Origin: Eledone cirrhosa
Taxonomy: Eukaryota
Direction of reading: 5' to 3'
DNA: 64,000 nucleotides
Assembly: GCA_964016885.1 (NCBI GenBank)
Contig: OZ024760.1
Span: 15,748,001 to 15,812,000 of the forward strand
This document shows positions 25,462 to 59,931 of the stretch, one piece after another (positions within the stretch are counted from its first letter, which is position 1; every line of letters begins with the position of its first letter). Made by a program: the position numbers and the translations under genes. The notes under the pieces were generated by a model. That model saw only the letters and a list, made by a program, of their open reading frames with translations. It ran no database searches and was not told the DNA's origin.

Positions 25462-26558
25462 ACCCTCAGCAGATTTGAGATTAGAAATATCAATAGAACG
25501 ATAAAGGATCGATCGACTTTCGTCAAATCGGACCGAGGAAACAATGTTTCCGTCGGTCTTTCCAGTTGCGAATACTATCTATCGGTCGCAACTCCAGGTA
25601 GAAGGAGCAACGTGAAATAAAATGTCTTGCTCAAGGACATAACGCATCGCCCAGTCCAGGAATCGAACTCACAACCTCAAGATTGTGAATCCAATTCTCT
25701 AACCACTCAGCCACACGCCTTCAGTATAGAGAAGGATAAATACCACTTCAATGGTTGTATAAATAATTAATTAATAAATCAATTTATTCAATTATTAATG
25801 AGATGAATTTATCAAAACAGTAACTGTAATGAAAACACCCACGGATTGTATTAGAAAAATATGACTGAAGTATATAGACTTGTTGTTGTTAGTTATAGTG
25901 ATGGTGGTGGTTGGTGTGGTGGTGGTGGTGTTATAGAGATGGTGGTGGTGTAACTATAGTGATGGTGGTGGTGGTGTAACTATAGTGGTGGTGGTGGGGG
26001 AGATTGATGTGGTAGTGTTATAGAGATGGTGATGGTGTAACTATAGTGAGGGTGGTGGTGTAACTATAGTGAGGGTGGTGGTGATGGTGTAATTATAGTG
26101 AGGGTGGTGGTGGTGATTGAAGAGAGTGGGTTTGTATGTAAGGAGGCGAATCGGCAGAGTCGGTAGAACGTCAGATAGAATGCCTTGTGGTATTCATTCC
26201 AGTGCTCTGCGCTCTGAGTTCAAATCCCGCCGAAGTCAACTTTGCCTTCATCCATTCGGGGTCGATAAAAAAGTACCAGTCTAGTACTGGGGTCGATTCT
26301 TCCTCTATATCTCTGGAAGAAATCTGCTGTACTCAGGCCTGGAGAGGGATGGGCTCCGCCAAGCTTAAAATGGCCAAGATACGCCGTATGTCAATATGGC
26401 ACCCCTACGACTCAGAAGTTATGGGACCATACATACATGTGTTCATGTATGTGTACATGTAGGTTTGTAGGTTTGTGTGGAGGTTAGTCGATATGATCAA
26501 CTTCAAGGCGGTGCTCCAGCATGATCGTAGTCTAATGAACGAAACCAGTGAAACAATG

Positions 26559-26612
<54 letters not shown>

Positions 26613-26685
26613 GAAAGGTATAGAAAATATTGTAGCAAAAAGCCAACAGTATTCCATAATATATAAGTGACTATAGCGTCAAAAT

Positions 26686-26867
26686 GGGAAAAATAGTTAA
26701 CGTAAGATGTAGGAAAAATAGTTAACGTAAGATGTAGGAAAAATAGTTAACGTAAGATGTAGGAAAAATAGTTAACGTAAGATGTAGGAAAAATAGTTAA
26801 CGTAAGATGTAGGAAAAATAGTTAACGTAAGATGTAGGAAAAATAGTTAACGTAAGATGTAGGAAAA
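26686..26867. repeat. 25-bp perfect minisatellite, ~7 copies
   Basis: aggaaaaatagttaacgtaagatgt. Confidence 0.95.
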
Positions 26868-27938
26868 TTAATTCAAACTCAACTTATATATATATATATA
26901 TTTTTTTTTCTCCCAGAATATTAAAATATATAGACAATTGATATTTTCTCTGTGATATTTGTTTATAGCCTCCATGTACTGAAAGACATTTTTTATTGTT
27001 GGTAGATCCTTGACAAAACACATACACGGTCCCGTAATTCCTGATAGAGTTGCTGTAGGGGTGGCGTATTAACACACGGCGTTCCTACGACATTTAAAAA
27101 AAATCTGACGGGAGCCCAATCCTCTCCAGGTTTGAATACAGCAGATTTCTTCCAGTTGTAGGGATGCCGTATTTCTTCCAGTTGTACGGCGTTCCTAAGG
27201 CATTTTTAAAACATGGCGGAGCTCATTTCCTCTCCTATCCATATCCTCTCCGAATACAGCAGATTTCCAGAAAAGGAAAAATAGAGTGTGAGAAAGAGAT
27301 ATAATAGAAGAAGAATTAAAATATATAGACAATCGTCTCTCTCTGTGATATCAATCGCATAAGATGTAATGGAAGAACTTTAATTGAAAGTTTAAATTGC
27401 AAAGAAACTTCGTGGAGCTAAACAGCGCTAATATGATTTAGAAGTTTCAGCTTCCATTAAGCTATGCGTTAACTATTCCAGTTTCTATTAAGTTTTAATC
27501 AGAAAGCTAATTTGAACAGAATTTTCCTATACTTGCCTGCCAAAAGTTTGTTGTTAGGATAGCATTAAGGTTTAATTTTAAATTTAGATTTTAAGCAATT
27601 TAAATCGTTGAACATGTTTCCTACGTCAATGTTTGAAAGGTAATTAGGAGAAACATGCGCTAAAAATATTTTTAAATGGAACCCCCCCCCCCCCCCCCCC
27701 CCACGCACACATTTGTAAATTTAGCTGACCTTCTATGAGATTGAGTATCAAGCTTTTTAATGACAAGGAGCCATGATATATACCCTTAAACTATATTTTA
27801 TCAAGAACAGGTCATATAGAATTACCTCGATGTTCTTGTTGAATATATATATATATATATATGGCCTTTTTAACAAACTGGTAGTTCATTTTGTTTCATA
27901 TTGGAACAGATGGAGGTATAATTTTTCTGGAAAGTCTC

Positions 27939-28001
<63 letters not shown>

Positions 28002-28160
28002 AGGGTATGTCAATATTTATCTATAAAACTGCTCTATATTATATTTTATCTGATGAAAGCACACCATAATTTAACTTGGTGTCCTTGAAATATGTATAAT
28101 GAAATAAATATGGTCTTATAAATATAGTTTCCATTTGTTAATATATATATATATATATTT

Positions 28161-28228
<68 letters not shown>

Positions 28229-28266
28229 AAGGACGAATGGTTACTCTTTCATTATGTTTATTGGTT

Positions 28267-28351
28267 GGTGACGCGCGTTTCGCTATTGATTAGCTCATGG
28301 TTCGATCTCTATCGATCTGACCCGACTCTGGAGTCCAAAGCTCGTCGGACC
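28267..28351 (-). ncRNA. Second copy of the extended-stem-II hammerhead (core CCGACGA)
   Basis: ggt-CCGACGA-gct...agc-GAAA-cgcgcg-TC-acc. Confidence 0.5.
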
Positions 28352-28683
28352 TCTGTTGTAGTAATGACAGAATCATTCTGACGCGCGTCACCAACCAATA
28401 AATGTAATGAAGGCTTAACAAATCGTCCTTGTATTATTATATTACCATTATAAAGTACCAGTAATACACTGGGTAATTGCTGGCCTTGTGCCTAACGTAG
28501 AAACAATTATTATATTACCATTATACATACACGAAGCGTATTATTATGACTGATAACTGTAGAAACATGATTGAAATAGGAAATGCATTGTATATATATA
28601 TATATCACCCCACTCTCCAGAGCGTGAAATTAATAAACATTCGTTGTACTGCCTCTCTGTTTTGTTCCTGTTCAAATTTTTCC

Positions 28684-28718
<35 letters not shown>

Positions 28719-29879
28719 GTGTGTGAGTAAATTTTACAAAGTTACATGCGAATATACACATAAATAAACATACGTGGTATGCTCTTATATATTATTATAT
28801 ATTATTATATATTATTATATATTATTATAGTTGAATAAGATTTGACGAGCGGCACGGGACTTTAATAATGAATTTAGCTTATTTACTTGGCGAATCCAAC
28901 GATATTCCTTCAATGAAAATATTTAATGTCTTCGCAAGAGCAATAATAAAATCGCATCTCCATACCTTAGATCCATTCTGGTGGATAAATGTAGGGCAGA
29001 ATGTATAGTTAATGTACTTAAGAAAACCTAAGTAGGTAAGGAATTAAGTTTGAAGAATCAAGTAGTAATTGATAATAACACTTCGATTATGTGTTATATA
29101 CAAGCATTATGATTTATGCCAAATCCTATGATGATATTTCATATTCAATTTTGATAAAATTTGTGAATGACTCCATATTGTTGGCACTGCTATTATATTG
29201 TATGTTTCGTTTGAATGTTCACTGAGAAATATGGAATGTCATATTGCCGTAAGGGATAACTAGCTAGCACTCCTAGAATTATCTGACTGACAGCATAAAT
29301 ACAATAATTCGTAGCAAACATTAAATGGTTTCTCAAAACCATACACATTTTTTTCTGACTGCAGATCCACGTAGTTGTCTGTTCAAGCAGGTATTGGAAG
29401 AATTATGAATTAATGGTTGGATTTGAATACATACTTTGAAATAATTCTTTCTACTTTTGGCACAAGGCCAGCAATTACCCCAGTGCATTACTGGTAATTT
29501 ATTTTATCGATCCCCGTAAGGATGAAAAGCAAAGTTAATCTCGGCAGGATTTGAACTCAGAACATAAAGGGCCATAACTCTATGTTGCAAAGCATGGTGT
29601 CTGACGCTCTACCGATTCTGCCAATCCAACACATTTTGAAATAAGACTCCTTTATATATTTATTTATTTACTTATTTAATGAATTTAAACGTCCGTGTAG
29701 AGCTGGTAAGCCATCAAAGACTGGCAAAAGTATCCAATATCCCTTATATATAACTGGTAAGACTGGGATTGGTATCTAATAATCCTACTATAGGCACAAG
29801 GCCAGCAATTTGGGGGAGGGGAAAGTCTATTAAATCGACACCAGTGCATTACTGGTACTTTATTTTATGTGTTGCCATG

Positions 29880-30130
29880 TGATGGTATTAAACTCAGCGA
29901 CAATTTAAGTCTACCACCCACGGGTCAGATGGTAGTGTTAAATTGGGCAACAATTTATGTCTACCACCCACGGGCCAGATGATGGTATTAAACTGAGCGA
30001 CAATTTAAATCTACCACCCAAGGACCAGGTGGTGGTATTAAACTGAGCGACAATTTAAATCTACCACCCAAGGACCAGGTGGTGGTATTAAACTGAGCGA
30101 CAATTTAAATCTACCACCCACGGGCCAGGC
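29880..30130. repeat. ~51-bp minisatellite, ~5 copies
   Basis: ggtattaaactgagcgacaatttaaatctaccaccca. Confidence 0.9.
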
Positions 30131-30337
30131 AATGTGTTAAACCAACGACGCCAATGTAGTCCTGGATGGGATTTCAACTTTGAACATAAAGAACTCGACC
30201 AAACACCGTGAAGAATTCCGTTTAATGCTTTAGTAACCATTTAACGTTTCAGTCATTCCGTTGTATTTACTAAAATGTAAATACAAGATGTGTTGTAAGC
30301 TTGCAACTTTATATTTTCCTCATTTCCAAACACAACC

Positions 30338-30545
30338 AGCGCTCATCTCATCGTCTATTTACATGGGTGAGAAACGTGTTACACTGACAGCGCTCATCTC
30401 ATCGTCTGTTTACATGGGTGAGAAACGTGTTACACTGACAGCGCTCATCTCATCGTCTGTTTACATGGGTGAGAAACGTGTTACACTGACAGCGCTCATC
30501 TCATCGTCTGTTTACATGGTGAGAAACGTGTTACACTGACAGCGC
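30338..30545. repeat. 51-bp minisatellite, 4 copies
   Basis: cagcgctcatctcatcgtctgtttacatgggtgagaaacgtgttacactga. Confidence 0.95.
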
Positions 30546-30805
30546 TGTCGTGTAGGGAAACACTAGCAAATTTCTATTTGTTAGAATTCCTAGAAGATGG
30601 TATGACTACGGTACCCCCCCCCCCTCTCCCAAACATTCAGTTAATCTCTAGATTAAAAACTTTACACCAATATTCCTGTAATTCATTGATTTTATTCATT
30701 TAAAGATCAGTTGGCTTCTGGTACTGATATGGTACTTTGGATTCTAGCTTGACTTTCAAGGCTCTCAAAAGTAGTATCCATGTAATAGCCGACCCCATAA
30801 ATTTA

Positions 30806-30846
<41 letters not shown>

Positions 30847-30984
30847 AGTAAAATGACAGGAGGCCGGACTGGTGAAATTCCTTCAAAGTTTTATCCAGTG
30901 GTGAACCACAAAACTTAAATGCATATGTATGTGTGTGTATATATATATACATACATATATATACATATATATACATATATATAT

Positions 30985-31121
30985 ATATTTATTAAAATAA
31001 CAGATTAAAGTTTAAGCAAAGAATCGCTGCTTTCACCCTTAAGGGGATCTTCTGAAGATCCCGTTAAGGGTGAAAGCAGCGATTCTTTGCTTAAACTTTA
31101 ATCTGTTATTTTAATAAATAT
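30985..31121. repeat. Near-perfect palindrome, 68-bp arms, 1-nt loop
   Basis: Centre gatcttc-t-gaagatc at 31053. Confidence 0.95.
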
Positions 31122-31207
31122 TTGCTCTACGGTTCTTATATATTTGATATATATTTATCCTTATCGAGCCCTCTTTGGATTTTAGTCTTCAAATTTATTA
31201 TTATTAT

Positions 31208-31264
<57 letters not shown>

Positions 31265-31351
31265 TGGTGTTGGATGTTTAAAACGTCCGTATGCGGTAAG
31301 CCGTATGAGCACTCGATGGTCGCATAGAGCAGGGTATGATACCACGGGAAT

Positions 31352-31611
31352 AAAGAGAATCAGTGTTGCGACGAATGGAATTTATTGGACATATTACAAT
31401 CGTTTCTCTGGCGACCAGCTCGAGGCACGATCGATGTGATGATTGAACCTGACTCTGAAAATCGCAATGTCCTCAGATACGACTTGATTCTACGAAGCAG
31501 ATTTTCAGAGTCAGGTTCGATCATCACATCGATCGTGCTTCGAGATGGTCGCCAGAGAAACGATTGTGATATGTCCAATAAATTCCATTCGTCGCAACAC
31601 TGATTCTCTTT
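31352..31611. repeat. Inverted repeat, ~112-bp arms, ~36-nt spacer
   Basis: Arms 31352-31463 and 31500-31611 with a few mismatches. Confidence 0.95.
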
Positions 31612-31619
31612 TTTTTTCT

Positions 31620-31659
<40 letters not shown>

Positions 31660-31894
31660 AGTGGAAGCTTAGTAAAATCGAAGCTTTGGCTGTGGGCAAG
31701 CAAAGTCGATCTACAATATGAATATATATTCATATATATACATACACACATATATCTATAAATGCAATATTTCATAAGTCTACTCATACCCATTATGTAA
31801 TAATAGGCAGTCATTTGTTGGCGTTCAATGTTTACACACACATGCATTTGTGTGTATATATATATATATGTATATGTATATATATGTATATATA

Positions 31895-31951
<57 letters not shown>

Positions 31952-31960
31952 GTATATATA

Positions 31961-32003
<43 letters not shown>

Positions 32004-32622
32004 GTATATATATGTGTGTGTATATATATATATATATATCGATGTGTGTCAACTGTAGCGTGTTCTTACATATGCACCTAGTACACTCTGTAAATAATTT
32101 GGCGTTAAGACATTCATGTATCAGTAGGGTCTTTGACAAAAGGTTGAGAGGGCTCTTCAGTTGTGTCAAGGATATGACAGCTCCCTTAGTGCTGGTGCTA
32201 CGACAAATGTTACCACTGGACACTGTAAAGGAGTTAGCGTTAGGAAGAGCATCCAGCTATGGAAATCTTGCCCGAACTGGAATGTATATTAGAGAGACGT
32301 GGCTCACGGTCGTCCAGGAAGACAGTATTTCCAAATAAGTACTGACTTGTTCTGTAATGATCCGACCATATGTTAGCATGGAAAACGGACAAAAAAAGAA
32401 GATGATGCATTTGTTTGTTGATTTGGGCCGAACTTTGCTAAGCTTCTTTCAGTTGAACTTATCTCAGCTTAATTTCTCTCAGCTCAACGTATCTCAGCTC
32501 AACGTATTTCAGCTCAACGTCTCTCAGCTGAACGTAGCTCAGCTCAGCTCAACTTTCTTCAGCGATATTCATTTCAGCTTAGTCTAGTTTAGCTGAGTCT
32601 CATCACAGAGGTCTAAGTATAT

Positions 32623-54395
<21,773 letters not shown>

Positions 54396-54463
54396 ATTCG
54401 ATGGGTTTCTTTCTTTCTTTCTTTCTTTCTTTGTTTTTTTAAATTTTTTTTAAAAATTATTTT

Positions 54464-54514
<51 letters not shown>

Positions 54515-54553
54515 TCTTTTATTTATTTTGAAAAATTATTTTCAGTCATTATT

Positions 54554-54589
54554 TCTTCTGATAAAGGACTAGCGTCCGAAACGTTAAGA
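54554..54589 (+). ncRNA. Minimal hammerhead-like motif (core variant CTGATAA)
   Basis: tctt-CTGATAA-a-GGAC-tagc-GTCC-GAA-ACGT-t-aaga; stems I, II and palindromic III all pair. Confidence 0.45.
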
Positions 54590-54822
54590 CCCTCTTCCTG
54601 CTATATCAAGCGTTAACCTAATATATCCCTTCCATGTACTGAACCGATTGTGTCGTTATTTCTGTTTACCTTTTACATACATACATACATACATATATAT
54701 ATATATATAGGTCCCGTAATAAGGTGAAAGCAGAAATGTTTTGCTTAAACTTTAATCTGTACTAATATATATATATATATATATATATAAATGAAAGGTA
54801 TAGAAAATATTGTAGCAAAAAG

Positions 54823-54872
<50 letters not shown>

Positions 54873-54929
54873 GTGTGTATATTGGCGTTTAAGGTTCACC
54901 AGTTCGAACCCTCAATATGGGTCAGACAT

Positions 54930-55004
54930 ATATATGTATGTATATATATGTATGTATGTATATATGTATGTATATATGTATATATATATGTATGTATATA
55001 TATG

Positions 55005-55039
<35 letters not shown>

Positions 55040-55046
55040 GTATATA

Positions 55047-55107
<61 letters not shown>

Positions 55108-55302
55108 ATATATGTATATATGTATATATATGTATATATATGTATATATATGTATATATGTATATATGTATATATATATGTATGTATGTATGTATATATC
55201 TATGTATATAAATGTATATGTATATATATGTATATATGTATGTATATATGTGTATGTATATATATGTATATATGTATGTATATATATGTATATATATATA
55301 TG

Positions 55303-55347
<45 letters not shown>

Positions 55348-55583
55348 GTATATATATATAGTGTATTGGTGTGTAATGTTTATTTACTTATGGTTCAGCA
55401 CACACTTCTAATATTTGGTACCAGCTATGTAAGTGGGGTTCTAAGTGTGGACTTCGCCATTATGGGTTCCCTAAAAAGCAGAGTGCTAACAATAGTAATA
55501 ATAAGGGACAGGAATGAAATATCAATATAACATCATTATGTCTATTCACACCTGACGCGCGTTTCGTAATCGATCGGCTCCAG

Positions 55584-55618
<35 letters not shown>

Positions 55619-55684
55619 GTACGTATAGATGGATGGATAAATATGTGTGTCTGTCTATATATGGATATACGTATGGATGGATGA

Positions 55685-55724
<40 letters not shown>

Positions 55725-55925
55725 AGAATGTGTGTGTGTGTATATATATGGACGTATATTGGATGGATTTATGAATATATATATATATGTATGTATGAAT
55801 ATGTATATATGTGTATGAATATGTGTATATGCAAGTATAAATATATATATATATATTTGTATGTATCTATGAATATATGTATCTATGTATAAATATATAT
55901 GAATATATATATATATATATCAATA

Positions 55926-55963
<38 letters not shown>

Positions 55964-56042
55964 GATAAGTCTACCAAAATGATGAATTTTTTAATATAAA
56001 AAACTTGTTCTTTGTGTTTATTTCATTGTTTTTATTAATATA

Positions 56043-56081
<39 letters not shown>

Positions 56082-56167
56082 TAAATTTATGAGAATATAT
56101 ATACATAAATATATAATTATAAATCTATGAGAATATATATATATAATATATGATTATAAATCTATGA

Positions 56168-56202
<35 letters not shown>

Positions 56203-56483
56203 TATATCTATGACTATATATAATATATTTTATATTTATATATATATTTTGGTAAAAGGAAAAGAAATGCTGACAAATTGTTCCCAATGAAAAATAGTTT
56301 AATTAGGAATAAGTAAAATTAGTAATAAGTATTGGTTAGTATTCAGTTTTGGTTTTATTTTTTTACCGGTTGCGCATTTCTAATGCTTTTCAAAAATAAT
56401 TTTGAGATAGAGCGCCCGTGATGTTTGCTCTAATCTGATTAGTTTTGGAAATTCTACCTGTTTTATGTGAAAAAAGTGGCTCC

Positions 56484-56549
<66 letters not shown>

Positions 56550-56610
56550 TATATCTATGACTATATATAATATATTTTATATATATATATATATGATTAT
56601 AAATCTATGA

Positions 56611-56665
<55 letters not shown>

Positions 56666-56778
56666 TATATCTATGACTATATATAATATATTTTATATAA
56701 TTATATATATATGATTATAAATCTATGAGAATATATATATGTATATATATATATATATATGACTATAAATCTATGAGA

Positions 56779-56809
<31 letters not shown>

Positions 56810-56819
56810 TCTATGACTA

Positions 56820-56864
<45 letters not shown>

Positions 56865-56877
56865 TAAATCTATGAGA

Positions 56878-56910
<33 letters not shown>

Positions 56911-57273
56911 TCTATGACTATATATAATATATTAATATATATATATATATATATATTTTATATATATATATATAAATATATATCTATGACTATATATAAT
57001 ATATTATATATATATATTATATATTTAATAATTTCCACAGTACAGATGTTAAGTATGGTATTGTCGTTGCTGCAGCTGGCCTTTGTCTCTCGTATTGTAA
57101 CAACCCAGACGATATCTAAAACAGAAAAGATACAGAAATGAAATATGTATGTTATATTTTCTACATATTAGCTTTGGGTTACATGTATGTATGTGTGTAT
57201 ATAGGCATATATACATAATATATAGGCATATATACATATATATACATAATAATATAGGCATATATCCATATTT

Positions 57274-57314
<41 letters not shown>

Positions 57315-57539
57315 GTGTGTATAAAATATGGATATATGCCTATATATTATGTATATATATGTATATATGCCTATATATTATGTATATATATATATATATA
57401 TATATAATAAATAGGATATATATACCTATATATTATGTATAAAATAGCATATATATATATGTATGTATGTATGAAATAGGATATATATACCTATATATTA
57501 TGTATAAAATAGCATATATATATATACATATATATTATA

Positions 57540-57580
<41 letters not shown>

Positions 57581-57717
57581 ATATATAACAAAGTGTGGTA
57601 AGGAACCAGGTGGACATAACGCACCAGAGTACTCGATACTTAGTGTAGAACTCGGATCTAGCTGACGAAACGCCGAATCTCAACCGTCGGGGTCCTGACT
57701 CTTTTCCTATATATTTA

Positions 57718-57779
<62 letters not shown>

Positions 57780-58168
57780 ATATTTATATATATATATATA
57801 TAAAACGGTCTTCTGCAGTTCCCTTCTACAATATTCCACTCACAAGGCATTGGTCAACGCGAGGCTATTGTAGAAGATACATGCTCAAGGTACCATGTTG
57901 CAGAGTAAACCCAGAAGCAATTACTTGCGAAGCGAACTCCTTAACCACTTAGCCATTCCTACGCTTATAATATTCTTCTTTCTTTCTTTATCTTTCCGTT
58001 CCGTTCTGTACACCTGTGCCCTGGTTTTGTAGAACCGCTTGTTTTTCTTTATACAGCACACCAGTCTATCCCCATCCTTGTATTTTCTTTGAAGACCGAA
58101 AGCAGCTTTTTGCTTTTGTTCGTAAATATGAAAAATGGTCTCTCTCTTTCTTTCTTTCTCTCTTTCTT

Positions 58169-58229
<61 letters not shown>

Positions 58230-58260
58230 TCTCTCTTCTCTCTCTCTCCCTCTCTCTCTC

Positions 58261-58297
<37 letters not shown>

Positions 58298-58332
58298 TCT
58301 TTCTTTCTTTCTTCTTTCTTTCTTTCTTTCTC

Positions 58333-58406
<74 letters not shown>

Positions 58407-58467
58407 CTCTCTCACACACGCTTTCTCACTCTCTCACACACACACGCTTTCTCTCTCTCTCTCTCTT

Positions 58468-58507
<40 letters not shown>

Positions 58508-58510
58508 CAC
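54930..58510. repeat. (TA)n-rich satellite-like region and a (CT/CTTT)n tract
   Basis: Includes recurrent ataaatctatgagaat / tctatgactat units at 56080-57010 and a pyrimidine tract at 58140-58410. Confidence 0.9.
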
Positions 58511-59720
58511 ACATGCTTTCTCTCTCTCTCTCACCCACACACTCTTTCTCCCTCTCTTTCTCTACTTTTTTCCTTTTTTTTATACTATATATATTAGTTC
58601 CACTTTAATCTTCACTGGATATTTTTGTATGTAGCTATACAGAAATTTTCTTTTTTATAAAACCACTTTTGTAATTGCGGCAGATCCCTATCTCTGTGTA
58701 TTTATGATAAATACTTTCTTTGCGTGCCAGCTATTCAAAAGGAATTTATTATTTTCATAGTTTTCCTGTCTGGTATTACAAATTCACTTAGCTTTCATTT
58801 GTGACTAGTATAACTATAACTTATTACTGAAATAGCTAAACTATTGAATCGCATTTTTTCTCTTTGTGTATGTGAGTGGCATTTGTCTCTCTTTTAGTTA
58901 CTAACCTAATGCGTATATATGTTCCTTCCTAACATTTTCTCTATGTTTGTTATACTTTGTCTGTTGTATTTTTTCTTAAGCCTGGCTTTTGTCTAATTCT
59001 CGTATATCTGTTTCTTATTTTTCTGATTTATTTTTATTTTTATTACGTATAACTTAATATAAATGGCTTTTTATTTGTCTTCCTCTTTTCAAAAATGGCT
59101 TAACGTATTTTCCAAACGCAAATTTCATTTTCATTCTCTTCTGAATCGAAGTTTTGTCTGCAACAGATTCAACAATTCTATACAACTTGAGGTCATCCAT
59201 ACAACGAACAAAATAAAACGATGGTTCCTTGTTTCTATCTGATTCCAGCCCAACTTAGAAGGTTGGCGGAATAATTGTTTCTACTTTTGGCACAAGGCCA
59301 GCAATTATCTCAGTATATTACTGGTATTTTATTTTTATCGACCCTGTAAGGATGAAAGGCAAAGTTAACCTTGGCAGGATTTGAACTCAGTGAAAAAAGA
59401 ACCAGAACAAATACTGCTTAGCAATTTATCCGACGCTCTAACGACTGACAACCCACCACCACCACCACCATCTTAATAATTGTTTCTACTTGTGGCACAA
59501 GGCCAGCAATAATCCCAGTACATTACTGGTACTTTATTTTTATCAACCCCGTAAGGATAAAAGGCAAAGTTAACCTCGGCTGGATTTGAACTCAGACCAT
59601 AAAGGGACGTAACTATGCTGGAAAGCAGGTCCGACCCTCTAGCGATACTGCCAAATAAGTCTCTAATACAGTGAAATTCCGTTACAACGAAATTCACGTG
59701 GTATAAAAGAAATTAAGGAC

Positions 59721-59931
59721 AAACGAAAAAAAAAAAAATTTCATTTCTCATCTTAGTACGGCAGTTACTTAAATGTAAGTATGTATGTATGTATACGTAC
59801 ATACATATATATATATATATACACATGCTACTGTACGTCTGTATACATATATGTATGTACGTATACATACATACATACATACTTACATTTAAGTAACTGC
59901 CGTACTAAGAGTGAGAAATGAAATTTCGTTT
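59721..59931. repeat. Inverted repeat, ~85-bp arms
   Basis: tcttagtacggcagttacttaaatgtaagt ... acttacatttaagtaactgccgtactaaga. Confidence 0.85.

Noticed and set aside
26686-30545. Regular 25-51 bp repeats as a possible CRISPR array
   Set aside because: Head-to-tail units without unique spacers, eukaryotic context, no cas genes.
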